Shown here one piece after another: positions 13,301-25,132 of a DNA stretch of 64,000 bases. The DNA comes from Pelomyxa schiedti (Eukaryota > Protista > Evosea): assembly GCA_020536535.1 (NCBI GenBank), contig JAHLWZ010000839.1:21930-85929 (forward strand), given 5' to 3'. The position numbers and the translations under genes were made by a program. The notes under the pieces are model-generated. The model worked only from the letters and a program-made list of their open reading frames with translations. It was not told the DNA's origin and ran no database searches. Position 1 is the first letter of the stretch, and every line of letters begins with the position of its first letter.

Positions 13301-15936
13301 CACAGGCGGCGTTAAACCGGAAGAGAAGCCCAATAAAGAACCAGTCGTTGCGAGAACTTACTATTGCGTAATTGGAAGACAGTCTGGATCCCTTGAAGTA
13401 TTGGCACTTTAAGTGGCTTTGTTTTTACTTACATTTATAGGTGGTCACTGTACCAGATTTCCAGCGTGTTCTTTTTACTCCCGACTTCGCTCTGGGACCA
13501 TATCTCCTCAATTCAACAACCACCAGACCCAGCTCTTTAGCAGCACCCACAAATTCCAGTGACTCCTCGACTACCACTTCAGCTTCCACAAGCACCTCAA
13601 CCTCAACCTCAACCTCAACTTCAACCTCAACTTCAACCAGCAACTTACCTTCACCAAGTACCACACCACTATATCCTGTGGAGGTGAGTGTTATTCACCT
13701 CTCTCCCCACAAAGTAGCTTACCCACATCTTGTCTCCATTCTAAGCAATGGAGATATCCTCTTTTATCGTGGTTTTATTTCGTCATCACCAAGTCAAAAT
13801 TTCCCTCTGGGATTCCATCGCATTAGCCACACCACTCTTCCACGTGACACTCACCCAGCAAGTACCCATGATTCTGCCACTGCCCCACACTATCCTAGAA
13901 TAGCTTTTCTGCCCATTGTGGGAAATGGCAATTGTGCCTTGTTTATTTCTGGGTCCAGGTTCTCACTTAATTTAATTTTGTCATGAGTCTCATCTCGTCT
14001 ATAGACCACTTTGGGGTTTTTGTGACAGAGGATTTCTACGAACATACCCCATGCTACATGATGGAAAAATTCAGTGCCTGACATCATTCCATAACGAAAA
14101 CTGTCATAATGGGTTTATTTATTATACTTCAAAGGTTTACTTCTGCTTCTTTTTTTTTTGGTTAAAAACCTTTGGGCAGTCAGCACTCAAGTTTTGTCAA
14201 CTTCCTGCATACATGCAATACCAAGGAGACTGGCCAACAAAAAAAATCCCCTTACGTTGCACTCCACATAAAATCACTTTTCACACGGAATCAAAAATGT
14301 ATATTTTAGCTGTGTCGTACTCCGTACTTGTTCATTTTGGGGTCACTCCACCTCCCAGTAAGGAACATGTTACTACATTCTTTTACCTTACCGAAATACA
14401 GCTCCGTATGGCCTGGAAAAACAGGCAACCACTCCTGACCGACCACCGCCTCTACCAATGTTTGTGGAACACCACGAACTTCGCCTTATTTCCCCAGCCA
14501 CATGGGAACAAATGGACCGGTGCAACACCCCACTTTTTGCTTGTCTGGCACCTAACTCATTTTTCCAGTTTCTCATTGATAGAACGAGAAGTGGTTATAA
14601 CATTGAGGGTTGTAAACCTCCGGGTCCAACTTCCCGGCACAGCTGATCCTGTCATCAAACCCTATGTCATTGTTGGAACTGCCATTACAATTCATGAAGA
14701 TGCAGCCTGCCGTGGAAGGGTATTACTTTTCTCTTCAATCCCTTATCAACATCTTTTCCAGGTGATGGTATTTGATATCCAAAAAAAGTCCAACCCAGGG
14801 GAATCACCAAAAGCAGTCCTCAATGAAATCTATAGTAAAGAACACAAGGGTCCTGTTTCAGCTGTGGCACAACTTGAGGGGTTCTTGATTGTTTCTGTTA
14901 ACCCGAAGGTACCAGAGCTTCACCACTTTCCAGGTTTTGATATTACTGTAGGTCATTGTGTTCAGTTTTCAGGATGGGAAGGAGCTTGTGCCAAAAGCCT
15001 TCTACGATTTACTTTATATAGTGAGCATTAATACTGTGAAAAATTGGGTTTTACTTGGGGATGCCTACAAAGGAATTCACTTTTTGAGGTGGAAGGTAAT
15101 AGAATTCAAGTCAACCCCCTTTGTTAGAAAGCTCACGCGCAACCTTTTTCAGGAACAAGGGAACCAGCTAACCCTTCTTGCCAAAGACTTTATTCCCATG
15201 TCTGTTTCCTCCACTGATTTCGTCATTGATCAACTTAACTTGGGACTTGTGGTTTCTGATGAAGAGAGGAATATATATGTATTTAATTACGCACCGCAAA
15301 GTAAGTCTAATTGAAGAGAGACATGGGGTTTGTTTTTTTTCCTAAAACCAAGCAACAAGGTGTGGAAAGTAGAGGAGGCCAAATGCTTATTGAAAAAGCA
15401 AACTTGCATTTGGGTACACGAGTGTCAAAGTTTGTACGACTTCCTCTGCTTGCATCAGCCGATCCCTCATCAGGCAAACCGACTAGCAGCCGTCATGGAG
15501 TATTTTTCAGTATGGAACTCTGTTGAACAAGATGTACACTAACAACCCACCCACAGGCACCATTGATGGCGGGATAATGTCTCTGCGGCCAGTGGATGAG
15601 CGGCTATACAAGGTTCTTCAAGCACTTCAGGTGAAAATGTCCACCGAGGTACAGACTGTTGCCGGTCTGCATCCATTAGCTTGGAGGTGAATGGGCCTTA
15701 CTCTTTAATAGCATTAGCAACCAAAACCCCGAACTGACTCAAACACATAAAGGCACCTTAAAGTTAAAGACCCCCAACGCCGGAGTCAGAAGAACATTGC
15801 TGATGGCACAATGGTGCGGAATTTCCTCATGTTGCCCTACAATGATCAAGTGTCCCTCTCTGCCCGAATCGGCACAACTCCCGAAGCCATCTACAACGCC
15901 GTACTTGACATTGAAACATCCCTCAACTTTTTCTAA
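10355..15936 (+). CDS. CPSF1: Cleavage and polyadenylation specificity factor subunit 1 (CPSF160), multi-exon
   Basis: Spliced motifs NLVLARANILQIY, DSLVVSFADAKVSVLKY, FLTGYFEPTLVVLHE..TWAGR, ACSGHGRNGSL, WPTKKIPLRCTPH, EDAACRGRV, LLAKDF, ESRGGQML and AGLHPLAWR. All junctions traced in frame to TAA at 15934-15936. Confidence 0.95.
13561..13660 (+). repeat. (ACCTCA/ACTTCA)n hexamer repeat encoding a poly-(Ser-Thr) insertion in CPSF1
   Basis: Tandem hexamers in frame within the CPSF1 exon (TTTSASTSTSTSTSTSTSTSTS). Confidence 0.85.
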
Positions 15937-16011
15937 ACACCCAGAAAACAAAAAAAACTTGGACATTTGCAATCATTGTTTTTCAAGGGAGTACCTTGTA
16001 GCACCTGTTTA

Positions 16012-17501
16012 TCAAGACAAATTCTTTGAAATGATCCATCCAACTGCACCACCTATGTCACCTTCTGACCGCAGGAGAGCAGGAACAATTGTTCTGGGAG
16101 GAAAGCCCATGTTATAGAGCTTTGTATGTGAGTTAGTGCAGAGCATTGATGTAGTTATTAGTAGCACCATTAAGGTGTGGGAGAGGAAAACACCTCTTTT
16201 ATCTTGTCATCAATTTCCGGTATACTATCCAGCCAAGTGAGAACCTTATCAGCAACTTCCTGAGGGTTCGGAATCGCTTCACAACGGGGAGGGTATGGCC
16301 CCGGTGGTTCAGGCTCCAATGGTGGCTCAGCAACTGGGGTCGCTTCTGTGATAATTGGCCGAGCGCGGACAATGAACTCGGAATCGAGGTCAGTGACTGG
16401 AACGGAGCCCGTGCAATTTGATGCTATCGATGACACAAGCCAGATAATGCCGGCTTCTGTGCCACTGTTTTGAAGGCAGCTGCAAGGTTGTATATACCAC
16501 TTCCGTGCATCGAGCTGGATATGTGACTGTCTGATGAACTGAATGATGGTCCATGTTTTTACACAATTGTCCATATCCTGCTTGTTGGCGAGAATCAGAA
16601 CGGGAACTGGAGCAGTCTTGCTGGCTGCTGCTTCCAAGTCCATGTCACGTAGTACCTCCTTCAGCTCTAAAATTGAATCTTGCAGACGAGTTCGGTCCGA
16701 GGCATCAATAACCCAAATTAGGCCATTTGTACCAGAATAATAGTGCTTCCATAGCTGTCTAATCTTGGTTTATATTTCCGTTTGAATAGAATAACTTTGG
16801 AAGTGAGGGATACCAGGGGTTGGCCACCAACATCCCAGAGAACAACCTCCCCACCAACGGTGTACATGGTCTCGACATTGAATCTAAATAAGTGTTATTC
16901 AGAGAAAAAGAAAAAAAAAGTGAAAACGTACCCAATTGTTGGTATTGTAGTTATAAATTCATTTAGCTTGAGAGTGTACAAAATTTGTGTCTTGCCAGCT
17001 TGCTCGATACCAAGAATTAGTACCCTCATTGTTCCAGATACTTGTGTCTTGGTTGCCACCGTACTAAAGTCATCATATTAGCTTCCTACCTTACCCACAT
17101 AGCATCAGTCAATTATCCAATTACACATAAAGCACAAGGGCTGGTGTAACATCTTCAAACAAGGAGCTGCTATTATTAAACCACAACCATAGAGCAGAAT
17201 AGAAACATAAGAAAGAACAATAGAAGCAAACAAACCCAAAGCCGCTGTTCTGGGCGGCGCTAAACTGCCTCCACGCAGGCACCAAGTTGGGCGCGAGGGG
17301 CAAATCGACCAAGAAAGAGGATCTGTAGAGGGCCGACCACAGGTCGTCGTCGAGGCACGCGGCCCTGAGCCTCTTGGACGCCGTGCCGACGCGGACGACG
17401 TGGCGGACGCCGTCGGGGCCGCCGGAGCAGAAGACGATGCGCAAGATGCGGTGCAGGATGGCCGTGGGCAGCTGCTCCAGATTATGGGAGGCACCACTCA
17501 T
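16012..17501 (-). CDS. F-box + Arf-like small GTPase + UBA domain protein
   Basis: Exon 1 F-box ([17 protein letters not shown]...[22 protein letters not shown]). Intron 17064-17235 joins it in frame to an Arf domain ([40 protein letters not shown]). Last exon is UBA-like ([33 protein letters not shown]), with TGA at 16012-16014. Confidence 0.85.
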
Positions 17502-17701
17502 TGCGGACGAGAAACGACGGTTCGTAGTTTACGTTCGTTGTTATTCGAAATTGATGGATCTTCCGGAACGGTGGAGAGACTAACAGGCTCAGGAGTAATG
17601 GGAGAATGATCGGAATTAGACTGGGTGTTCTCAATTTGGAAAGGGCAGGGCAAGAATGCCAGTACGGAGCGGAAGTAGAAAGTTACCGAAATTAATCGAG
17701 G

Positions 17702-19747
17702 ATGGGAGACAAGGACTACTTTGTTGTCATTGACTTCGAGGCCACATGCGAGGATGGGGTGAAAGTAGTCCCACAAGTACTTCTCTTCCCTTTGCCCCGT
17801 CCCAGCGAAAATGCCCACACATTCCCTGTTTCTATTGCCAGGAGATAATTGAATTCACGTCAGTGCTGATCAATGCACGTAGTCTTGCAACTGAGGGGGA
17901 ATTTCACACATTCGTTAGGCCTCAAGTGCACCCTGTTCTGACCCCGTTTTGCCAGCAACTGACTGGAATTACCCAACAAAATGTTGACTCTGGTATCCCT
18001 ATTGATGAGGTTTTTTTTTTTTTTTACACTTTTGGTGGTTGCCTATTGAGAACAACATTTAGGTACTGCAGAGACACAGAGAATGGATGGAGCAACACCA
18101 ATTGATACAATCACAAACTGGGGTTCCTGCCAAATTCTCGTGAGTTACCATTGACACAACTCGATTCTTAGAGCTTCTTGCTTGGGGTGTTTTCCTAACA
18201 AGTCTATTCAGATTCAAATTTGTAACTTGTGGGTTTTGGCCTCTGGGAGTGTGCCTGCCTCATCTGTGTAAAGACTTGAACATTCATCTGCCTCCTTACT
18301 TCGCCGAGAGTGTCATGAATGTGAAAGAAGAGTTCACGCGACACTACCACAAGCAGGCGAACGGCGGTATACCTGATATGATGGCCGCCCTTGAAATGCA
18401 ACTTCAGGGTCGCCATCACTGTGGCATTGACGATGCGAGAAATGTGGCGCGGATCCTTGTGAGAATGATCAATGATGGTTACCATCACACTCCGGTGTCT
18501 GCGCCAACCACTACATCCAGTACCTCCGCTGCAGAGGCACCTACTTCTCGGTACAAATAATCATCCCTGCTTCAAACACCAACAAGCATATAATGGAATG
18601 CCATTCATTTCCCTGATCTTGCCCAGTGCCTGCCTGTTCAATTACCTTGTGGTTGTGGATCTAGAAGCCACTTGTGACGAAGGAAATCCTCCGTTGGTCA
18701 CCCAAGAGACCCAGGAAGTTATTGAGTTTCCTTGGGTTGTTGTGGAAACCACACACTGGACTGTGGTTGATGAACAAAGATTTTTTGTAAAACCAACAAG
18801 TATGCAACGTTTCTTTTTTGACCCTGGGTTGTTTCCAGTATTTCCCCTGATTCCATTACACAGTGATACCTATGGTTACCCCATTCTGCACTCATCTGAC
18901 AGGAATAACTGAGACCGATTTGGTTGATGCCAAGCCTCTTGCTGCTGTGTTAGAAGCATTCGCACAGTATTGCTTGACGAATTTCACTGCTAAAAATCTG
19001 TCTTACTGTCTCCTTTGCGATGGAAAATGGGACTTGGAAGTCATGCTCCGCGGTGAGTGCTTTAGGAAGGGGCTAGTGCCAATCGCACCCCACTTCAACA
19101 AATACTTTGATCTCAAGACAGAGTTCTCCCTACTCACCGGAAACCCCAAGACGCCCCTCCACAAGATGCTCTACTTCTTCAAACTTTCACACATAGGAAA
19201 ACCTCACAGCGGAATTGATGACTGCAAGACCATCGCTTCCGTAGTTTCTGCCATTGCCAATTCCACCCTCGAAGGCAGGACCAGAACATTCCAGAGCCCA
19301 ACTGAAATCCCCCCCACATACGATCCCAGAACTGACACTACACTGAAAGACTTCAACCTAACCCGCCCCTCAACCGGTTCTTTTCATAAACTTCCCACCC
19401 AAACCACTACCACATCTTCCTCTGCTTGTGCTTCTACTGCCACAGCTACAGCTACTTCCACTTCTGCCGCTTCTCCTGCTTCTGCCAGTGGCCCATCTCC
19501 ATTCCTAGTACTGAGAGGACTCCCATGGGCCGCCACTGAGGACCAAGTTAGGGGCTTCCTCTCAGAATTCGACATAGTCCGCATGCAAATACTCATGAAC
19601 GCGGCTGGTCGCCCCAGTGGATTGTGCCATGTCCAATTGAAAACCCCCGAACAAGCAGTGCAAGCAATTGCCACACGTCACAGGGCCAACATGGGTCACA
19701 GATACATTGAAGTAATGCCCATACCCTCCTGTACCTTCACAAACTAA
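17702..19747 (+). CDS. Tandem ERI1/ERI3-type DEDDh 3'-5' exoribonuclease domains + C-terminal quasi-RRM
   Basis: Domain 1: VIDFEATC..EIIEF..HHCGIDDARN. Domain 2: VVDLEATC..EVIEFP..CDGKWDL..HSGIDDCKT. qRRM: LRGLPWAATEDQV..GRPSG..HRANMGHRYIEV. GT-AG intron 18551-18626 joins the two halves in frame. Two separate genes (stop 18560, ATG 18598) is the alternative. Confidence 0.85.
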
Positions 19748-19855
19748 AAGAAAACCCAATTTGCAAACAAAATATTCTTTCAGTTTGGGTTTTTTTTTTT
19801 TTTACAGTATTGTGGCACAGGGGAAGTTACAGGTCTCACTGGCCACAATTAATCA

Positions 19856-22800
19856 CTATTGTTGTTTTGGTGCTACTGAGATGGCAGTGAAGTCACTAAA
19901 CTGGTCATCAACAAGAAGGGTGAACATGGCAGGAAAAGCCACTGTCGAAAGGGAAGTGAACTGGACTTCTTTGTGTGGTGTTGTGACCAAGGCAGAACCT
20001 GCAAAGTACCCGTTTAAAAGTACACATACTGGTGTGTTTATATCTCCAAAGTTTTCTCCATGCAGAATGAATGTGTCTCCAACAGCCCTCTCTGTGCGGG
20101 AAAGTGAACTGTTTGAAAAAGGAGAAGTGACGCCACTGATACGCTCTATGCTGGTAATAACAGGGGCTTGAGTATTATTAGAAGCGGGAGTGGAATAAAG
20201 GTTGAAAGGTACGTTGATAAGAAAAAGTCTGGCTGGTTACAACTTGACCATTGGCAGTGATTTCGATCAGGTGACCGGAACCGACTCCTGGCGGCATCGT
20301 GACAAGAATCTGTTTTGTGGGGATGCTAACCTATTGTTCCATTTATGGTGTTAAGCCCCCTGTTGCAGTATTGGACTACAGACCTTAATATGGAGAGGAG
20401 TCCTTCCAGCAATTTGTATCTGAAACGCTCCGAATTCAGAATTCAAGTTGTCTCCATCAATTTGGCAGACACCTCCACTCGTGGGAACGCTTGTTACACT
20501 TTTTACTACAGGTTTTCCTTTGTGGAGTTACATTTGCAGCGGTATCCAAGTATTTACCAAGGAGATATCCATCCCAGCCTGGTATCAGCTGCCACCATGT
20601 ACCATCTTCAATACTCTCGACAACTTGCCACTGTCGCACCATAATGCCATAGCAGATGACACTACGCAAGTTCACGGTGGAAAATTTTCTCAAAGGAGTT
20701 ACCTTTCTCCTAGTACAGTCATGTGATTCTTAGTAGGTGGCTTCACTGTCCATTCTAGTTCGTTATTGTTGAAGTTTGTATCAATGGTGGCCTAAAAACT
20801 TTGATTAAAACTGAAGAATACTGTTAAAAAAACCTGTCGATGTACACCTAGACTTTCAGGCCCAATGGAATGTATGTGAGCCGGATTGACACGGCACATC
20901 AGTACCATCTGAGACCAGTGACCCTCTTGAATCGGAAACGGCCTCGTTTTCCTGTAGATCAATGTGAATCGCAGCGAAGGAAATGCCATTAGCAAAGCTG
21001 GATCTTCATCCAGCTTGCTCACCTCTTGCTTACATTGGATGTCCTGTGTATACGATACTGGGAGAGAAGTAAAGGGTTAAACTCTCCTCTTCAAAAATAA
21101 CGTCATCAGGTTGAAATGCTGTCTTCAAGATTCTGGGAAGATAAGAATTTCATTCACCACTGAAATAAACTTACAGCACAGATTCAGTAGGAGTAGAACT
21201 GAAGTATGCGATTGGCCAAGTACCATATTTTTCATCAAAATTGTTGATCCCAATGGCATAACGCTTCCATCCTTTGTATGTGATAAATATAATCTACATT
21301 AAGTTCCATAAGAACCCCTCAACTTTTTCTACCTATTGGACAAAAGTATGGCCGCATTCCAGTGTACCGTTTATTAGATTGTGGCCCACTCCAAATCGTG
21401 CGCCCCCTTCCTTTGCCGTACTCTCTATTCCATTTGGGATTCATCACTGCCTCAACTGTCTTATTGGAAAAGTCACCCAGAGTTAGAGCCTTTATGCCGT
21501 AGGGTGAATCTCTTTGCTCTATGAAAACAGTTAATGCAAGTTTTCCGTAAATTCCAACGAACGGCATGTTTTTTGCCCTAGTAGAAAGAGTGCCTTTGGC
21601 CCTCCCGATAAAACTCCCTCAACAGCAGTTTCTGCTCCAAGTTCAGTGCACTGGGTACTGTAAGAATTAAGTAATCTGATGGAAATCTACTGTTAATTGG
21701 TTTGGAACGACTCCTATCAACTCACTAATATAAGTACTGAAATCAATTAGGTTTACTGAAGCCCAGCATCGTGACAATAAGAATTGAAAAGGTTGTGCTA
21801 AAAAAGTGACCAATAGAATACACACAAAAAAAGAACCTTCTTGCAATATTTTCATTGAACCCCCAAGAACTATTGGGGATTGAGTGAGGAAAGCTTTCCA
21901 GTCTTTGGAAACAGGAGCCCGTGTAAGCATTTGCTTCAGGCGGCTAATACACTATTAAACTTGAGAGAGTAGTTTTTTACGGACTTGTGAGGTTCTGTGT
22001 CCTTTATGAATTGTTTGTAGCGATTCTGAGGAGGTCTTAGGTTCATGAATTGCGTAAGGAAGGGTGAGGCTCGACAAAGCGCTGAGACACTGTGAAAACA
22101 AAGAGCAAGAAAAGCGGAAATTACCTTCCATTATGCTTGACAGAAAGAAAGAGTGGACAATTTGACAAGAAGAGGGTGCCTCTTTCACAGGAAGACACAA
22201 CCTGCACATGTCAAAGCAGGCACAGACAATGATTTCCTAGCTAAAGTAAGAAAACGCCAGCTTTAGTTGGGTTCTGTCAATACTTGTATCGATTTCTCTC
22301 CAGCATCAATTTGCAGAAGTAGCTCTGAATATAGTTCAAATCTCTTCAATTTTGGCGCTGTTACAAATTCCAAGTTCTTAAACATCAAGTCTTGGAAATT
22401 GGATAACGATTCATCAAGCTGGCATCTGGCATCGACTTGCTTTTCCAACGAAAGTATAACTTGTTAAATAGGAGCATGCGGAAGTTACAAGGAGTCACCT
22501 GTCCTTGGAGTGTTTGCAGCCGTTCAATAGTAGCGCCATGTACTTTTGACGCCGTTATCTCGTGGGTTGTCTGGGAGCAGTAGGTTCTTAAAGACAGTTC
22601 CTTTTTTTCTCTGAGCTGTTCTCTCAGTGTTTCACTGGCCTCTTCGTGAACTTTTTTTATCTCCACAATGGCAAGACTAACCCGCTTGAGTAGATGAGGA
22701 ATGATCGACTGAGGGGAGGTGATAGCAGACAACTGTGGCTGAGGTGTCGTGGTGTTTGGTGTAGTGTAGGGGAAAATACTGGGAGACATAGCGTTTGGTA

Positions 22801-23442
22801 GAGATGCGGGCTTGGAAATGGTGATATTATTGGAAAGTGAGAAGATGTAGCTCGTCGACAGAGCCTGTTGTGCGGGATCACAAGTGTAGGAGGGTCTGAA
22901 AGTGGTTGGTGTGGCCTTTGGGGTTGGCACATAGCTGGAGCAAGTAGTTGCTGAGGAGGACGTGGAAAACGCGGTAAATCGGGGATTAGCCAAACTATTG
23001 GATGTTGGACTTGTCGGGGAAGCACTGGGCGGAGTCCCGTCGGAAGCGGAAGAAGACGCGCCACATGACCCAGAGTGTGTCGTCGGCAGTGACGGTGAAC
23101 TCGAGAAAGATTGGGCCGTCTTCAGGTCCCGCACAAATTCCGCGGCCCAGGCAAAGTCTACGCGAGAATTTGCGGCTGTCTGTTTTTTTTTTTGTTGTTG
23201 TTGTTGTTTGTTGTGTGTTTGTTCGATATGGCGTGAGGACCCCAGGAGGCGGCAGTGGGCACGTGAAAAGCGGAACACCCAAAAAGGCGATTACGGGAAC
23301 CCCACGCTGAGACAATATATCGACACGCACGACAACACACCCTAGTGCGTAGGTCTTGCGCCTCCCTTTGGTGCTGCACAGACTCCGTCCGGGCAACGTG
23401 GTCGCAGTATGCAAGCAGAACTTGGCACAACACCGCGTCCAT
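19856..23442 (-). CDS. Coiled-coil + NEURL4-like ADP-ribosyltransferase-fold domain + two IPT/TIG domains
   Basis: Probable ATG at 23442 (MDAVLCQVLL). Spliced domain RPYFCPIGWKRYAI..WPIAYFSS..LYFSPSIVY..QMVLMCRVNP..IGPESLG..IDTNFNNNELEW..ICYGIMVR. Then TIG repeats (SVPTSGG..DGDNL..MPPGVGSGH..NGQ..FSYQ, then PVITSI..LHGENFG). TAG at 19856-19858. Confidence 0.75.
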
Positions 23443-23664
23443 CTCCACCAACTCGCGTTTTATAAACCGAACACCAACGACCCTCGAGGCTTTCTTTTTC
23501 CCCTTCACAAACACCAAGTTGGGGTGGTCCCCTTTTCGAAAGATTCCAAGGGTTGCCAGCATGTTAACTTATTGTTGATTACTAAGTCAAGCTGTGGCGG
23601 TCTCGTTGAAGCCACCAATGTTAGTGCACAGCTCAGATCTCACTTATTACCTGCCAAGAGATAG

Positions 23665-25050
23665 ATGACTAGCCAGCGGGTGCTAGCGGAGGACGAGAGG
23701 GGAAGATTCGCTGTGTTGAGTGGATCTGGGGGCAAGATGCCGTTGTTGGGGCTGGGTACGTGGGTGCCCCCTGGTGTGTCTATGTCGGATCTGGCCTCGG
23801 CTGTGCAACACGCGATCCTGAATTGTGGCTACAGGTTTGTTTTTTTTTTTTTCTTTTCGCAAATTGCAATTTGTGTGGCCTTCTTATAGTCTCGGATTGC
23901 TTGAAATACTGGTTTGTATACTTCCACTGATTTGATGCCGAAGGCACTTGGATTGTGCTTCTGTGTACAAGAATGAGGATGTTATTGGAGGTGTATTGGA
24001 GAATGTGTTTGCAAGTGGCGTGGGGAGGGAGGAGTTGTGGCTTACATCGAAGCTATGGTAGAGTCTCTGTATTGCATGACTTGGGCTTCACGTTCACATT
24101 AAAATTCCAGGTGTACGGCGATGATGCCTGATGAAGTTCGTCCTGCTTGCGTGGATACCCTAAAAAATCTTCGGGTGTCTTACTTGGACCTGTATCTCAG
24201 TATGACTGGTTTATTCCAAGTGCTTCTTACCGATAAGGCACATAGTACACTGGCCTGCCTGTTTGAGGAAGGGCCATGCGTGGCCTCCACGTCCTGAAGA
24301 TTTTTTACATGTTCCAGGAATTGAGGGAACATGGCGTGAAATGGAGAAACTTGTAGAAGACGGCCTCGTCAAAAACATTGGAGGTACCTTTAACGCTGCA
24401 TGAATACTGTTCTAACAGTGACACCCGAAGTCTCCAACTTCAGTTCCGTCAAGCTAGAAAACCTGTGGAGGGTAGCTCGTATTAAACCTGCAGTGAATCA
24501 GGTTGAACTTCACCCGCTTCTACAGCAATCAAAGCTACGAGAATATTGCTCTTTCCGGGGAATTCACGTTTCAGCCTACAGTCCACTTGGGGGAAATGAT
24601 CAGTGTGTTAATTCCACCTTCGGTGCCTATCTTCTGACTCCTCCCAATATGTCGTATAGTCGAGCAAGACCTCCTGAAATACCAAATGTGATTACCTTGC
24701 CTTCTGTTGTCAGAATCGGTAGAAAATACAACAAGACGGCAGGTACAGGGCGCCCCTTTCAATACAAATTCTGAACAAAACCAGCACAAATTGTACTGAG
24801 GTGGGCTACCCAGCTCGGGGTATCTGTGGTTCCAAAATCTACAAACCATGGGCGGGTCCTAGAAAACAGTCAACTTTTTGATTTTGAGCTTGACCAGGAT
24901 GGTAGCACAAAACCACCTCTGCTTACATAGTTACTCTTTTTAGACTTGGCCTCCATATCAGCTGAGGATAGACACTTGAGAACAAATGCTTCCAAAATGC
25001 ATAACCCCTTCACTGGCGCTACTGAAGAGGCCTTTTGGGATCACGAATAG
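23665..25050 (+). CDS. Aldo-keto reductase (aldose/aldehyde reductase-like)
   Basis: [65 protein letters not shown] and VVPKS. The Asp-Tyr-Lys-His catalytic tetrad is intact and all junctions are GT-AG. Confidence 0.95.
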
Positions 25051-25132
25051 AGACTCTGTATTGGGCAAAACAACGAACTCTAAAGCTGAAAAATAGAAAA
25101 CGTTTGTTTGTGTCTCCACGAAAATCCGTGCA

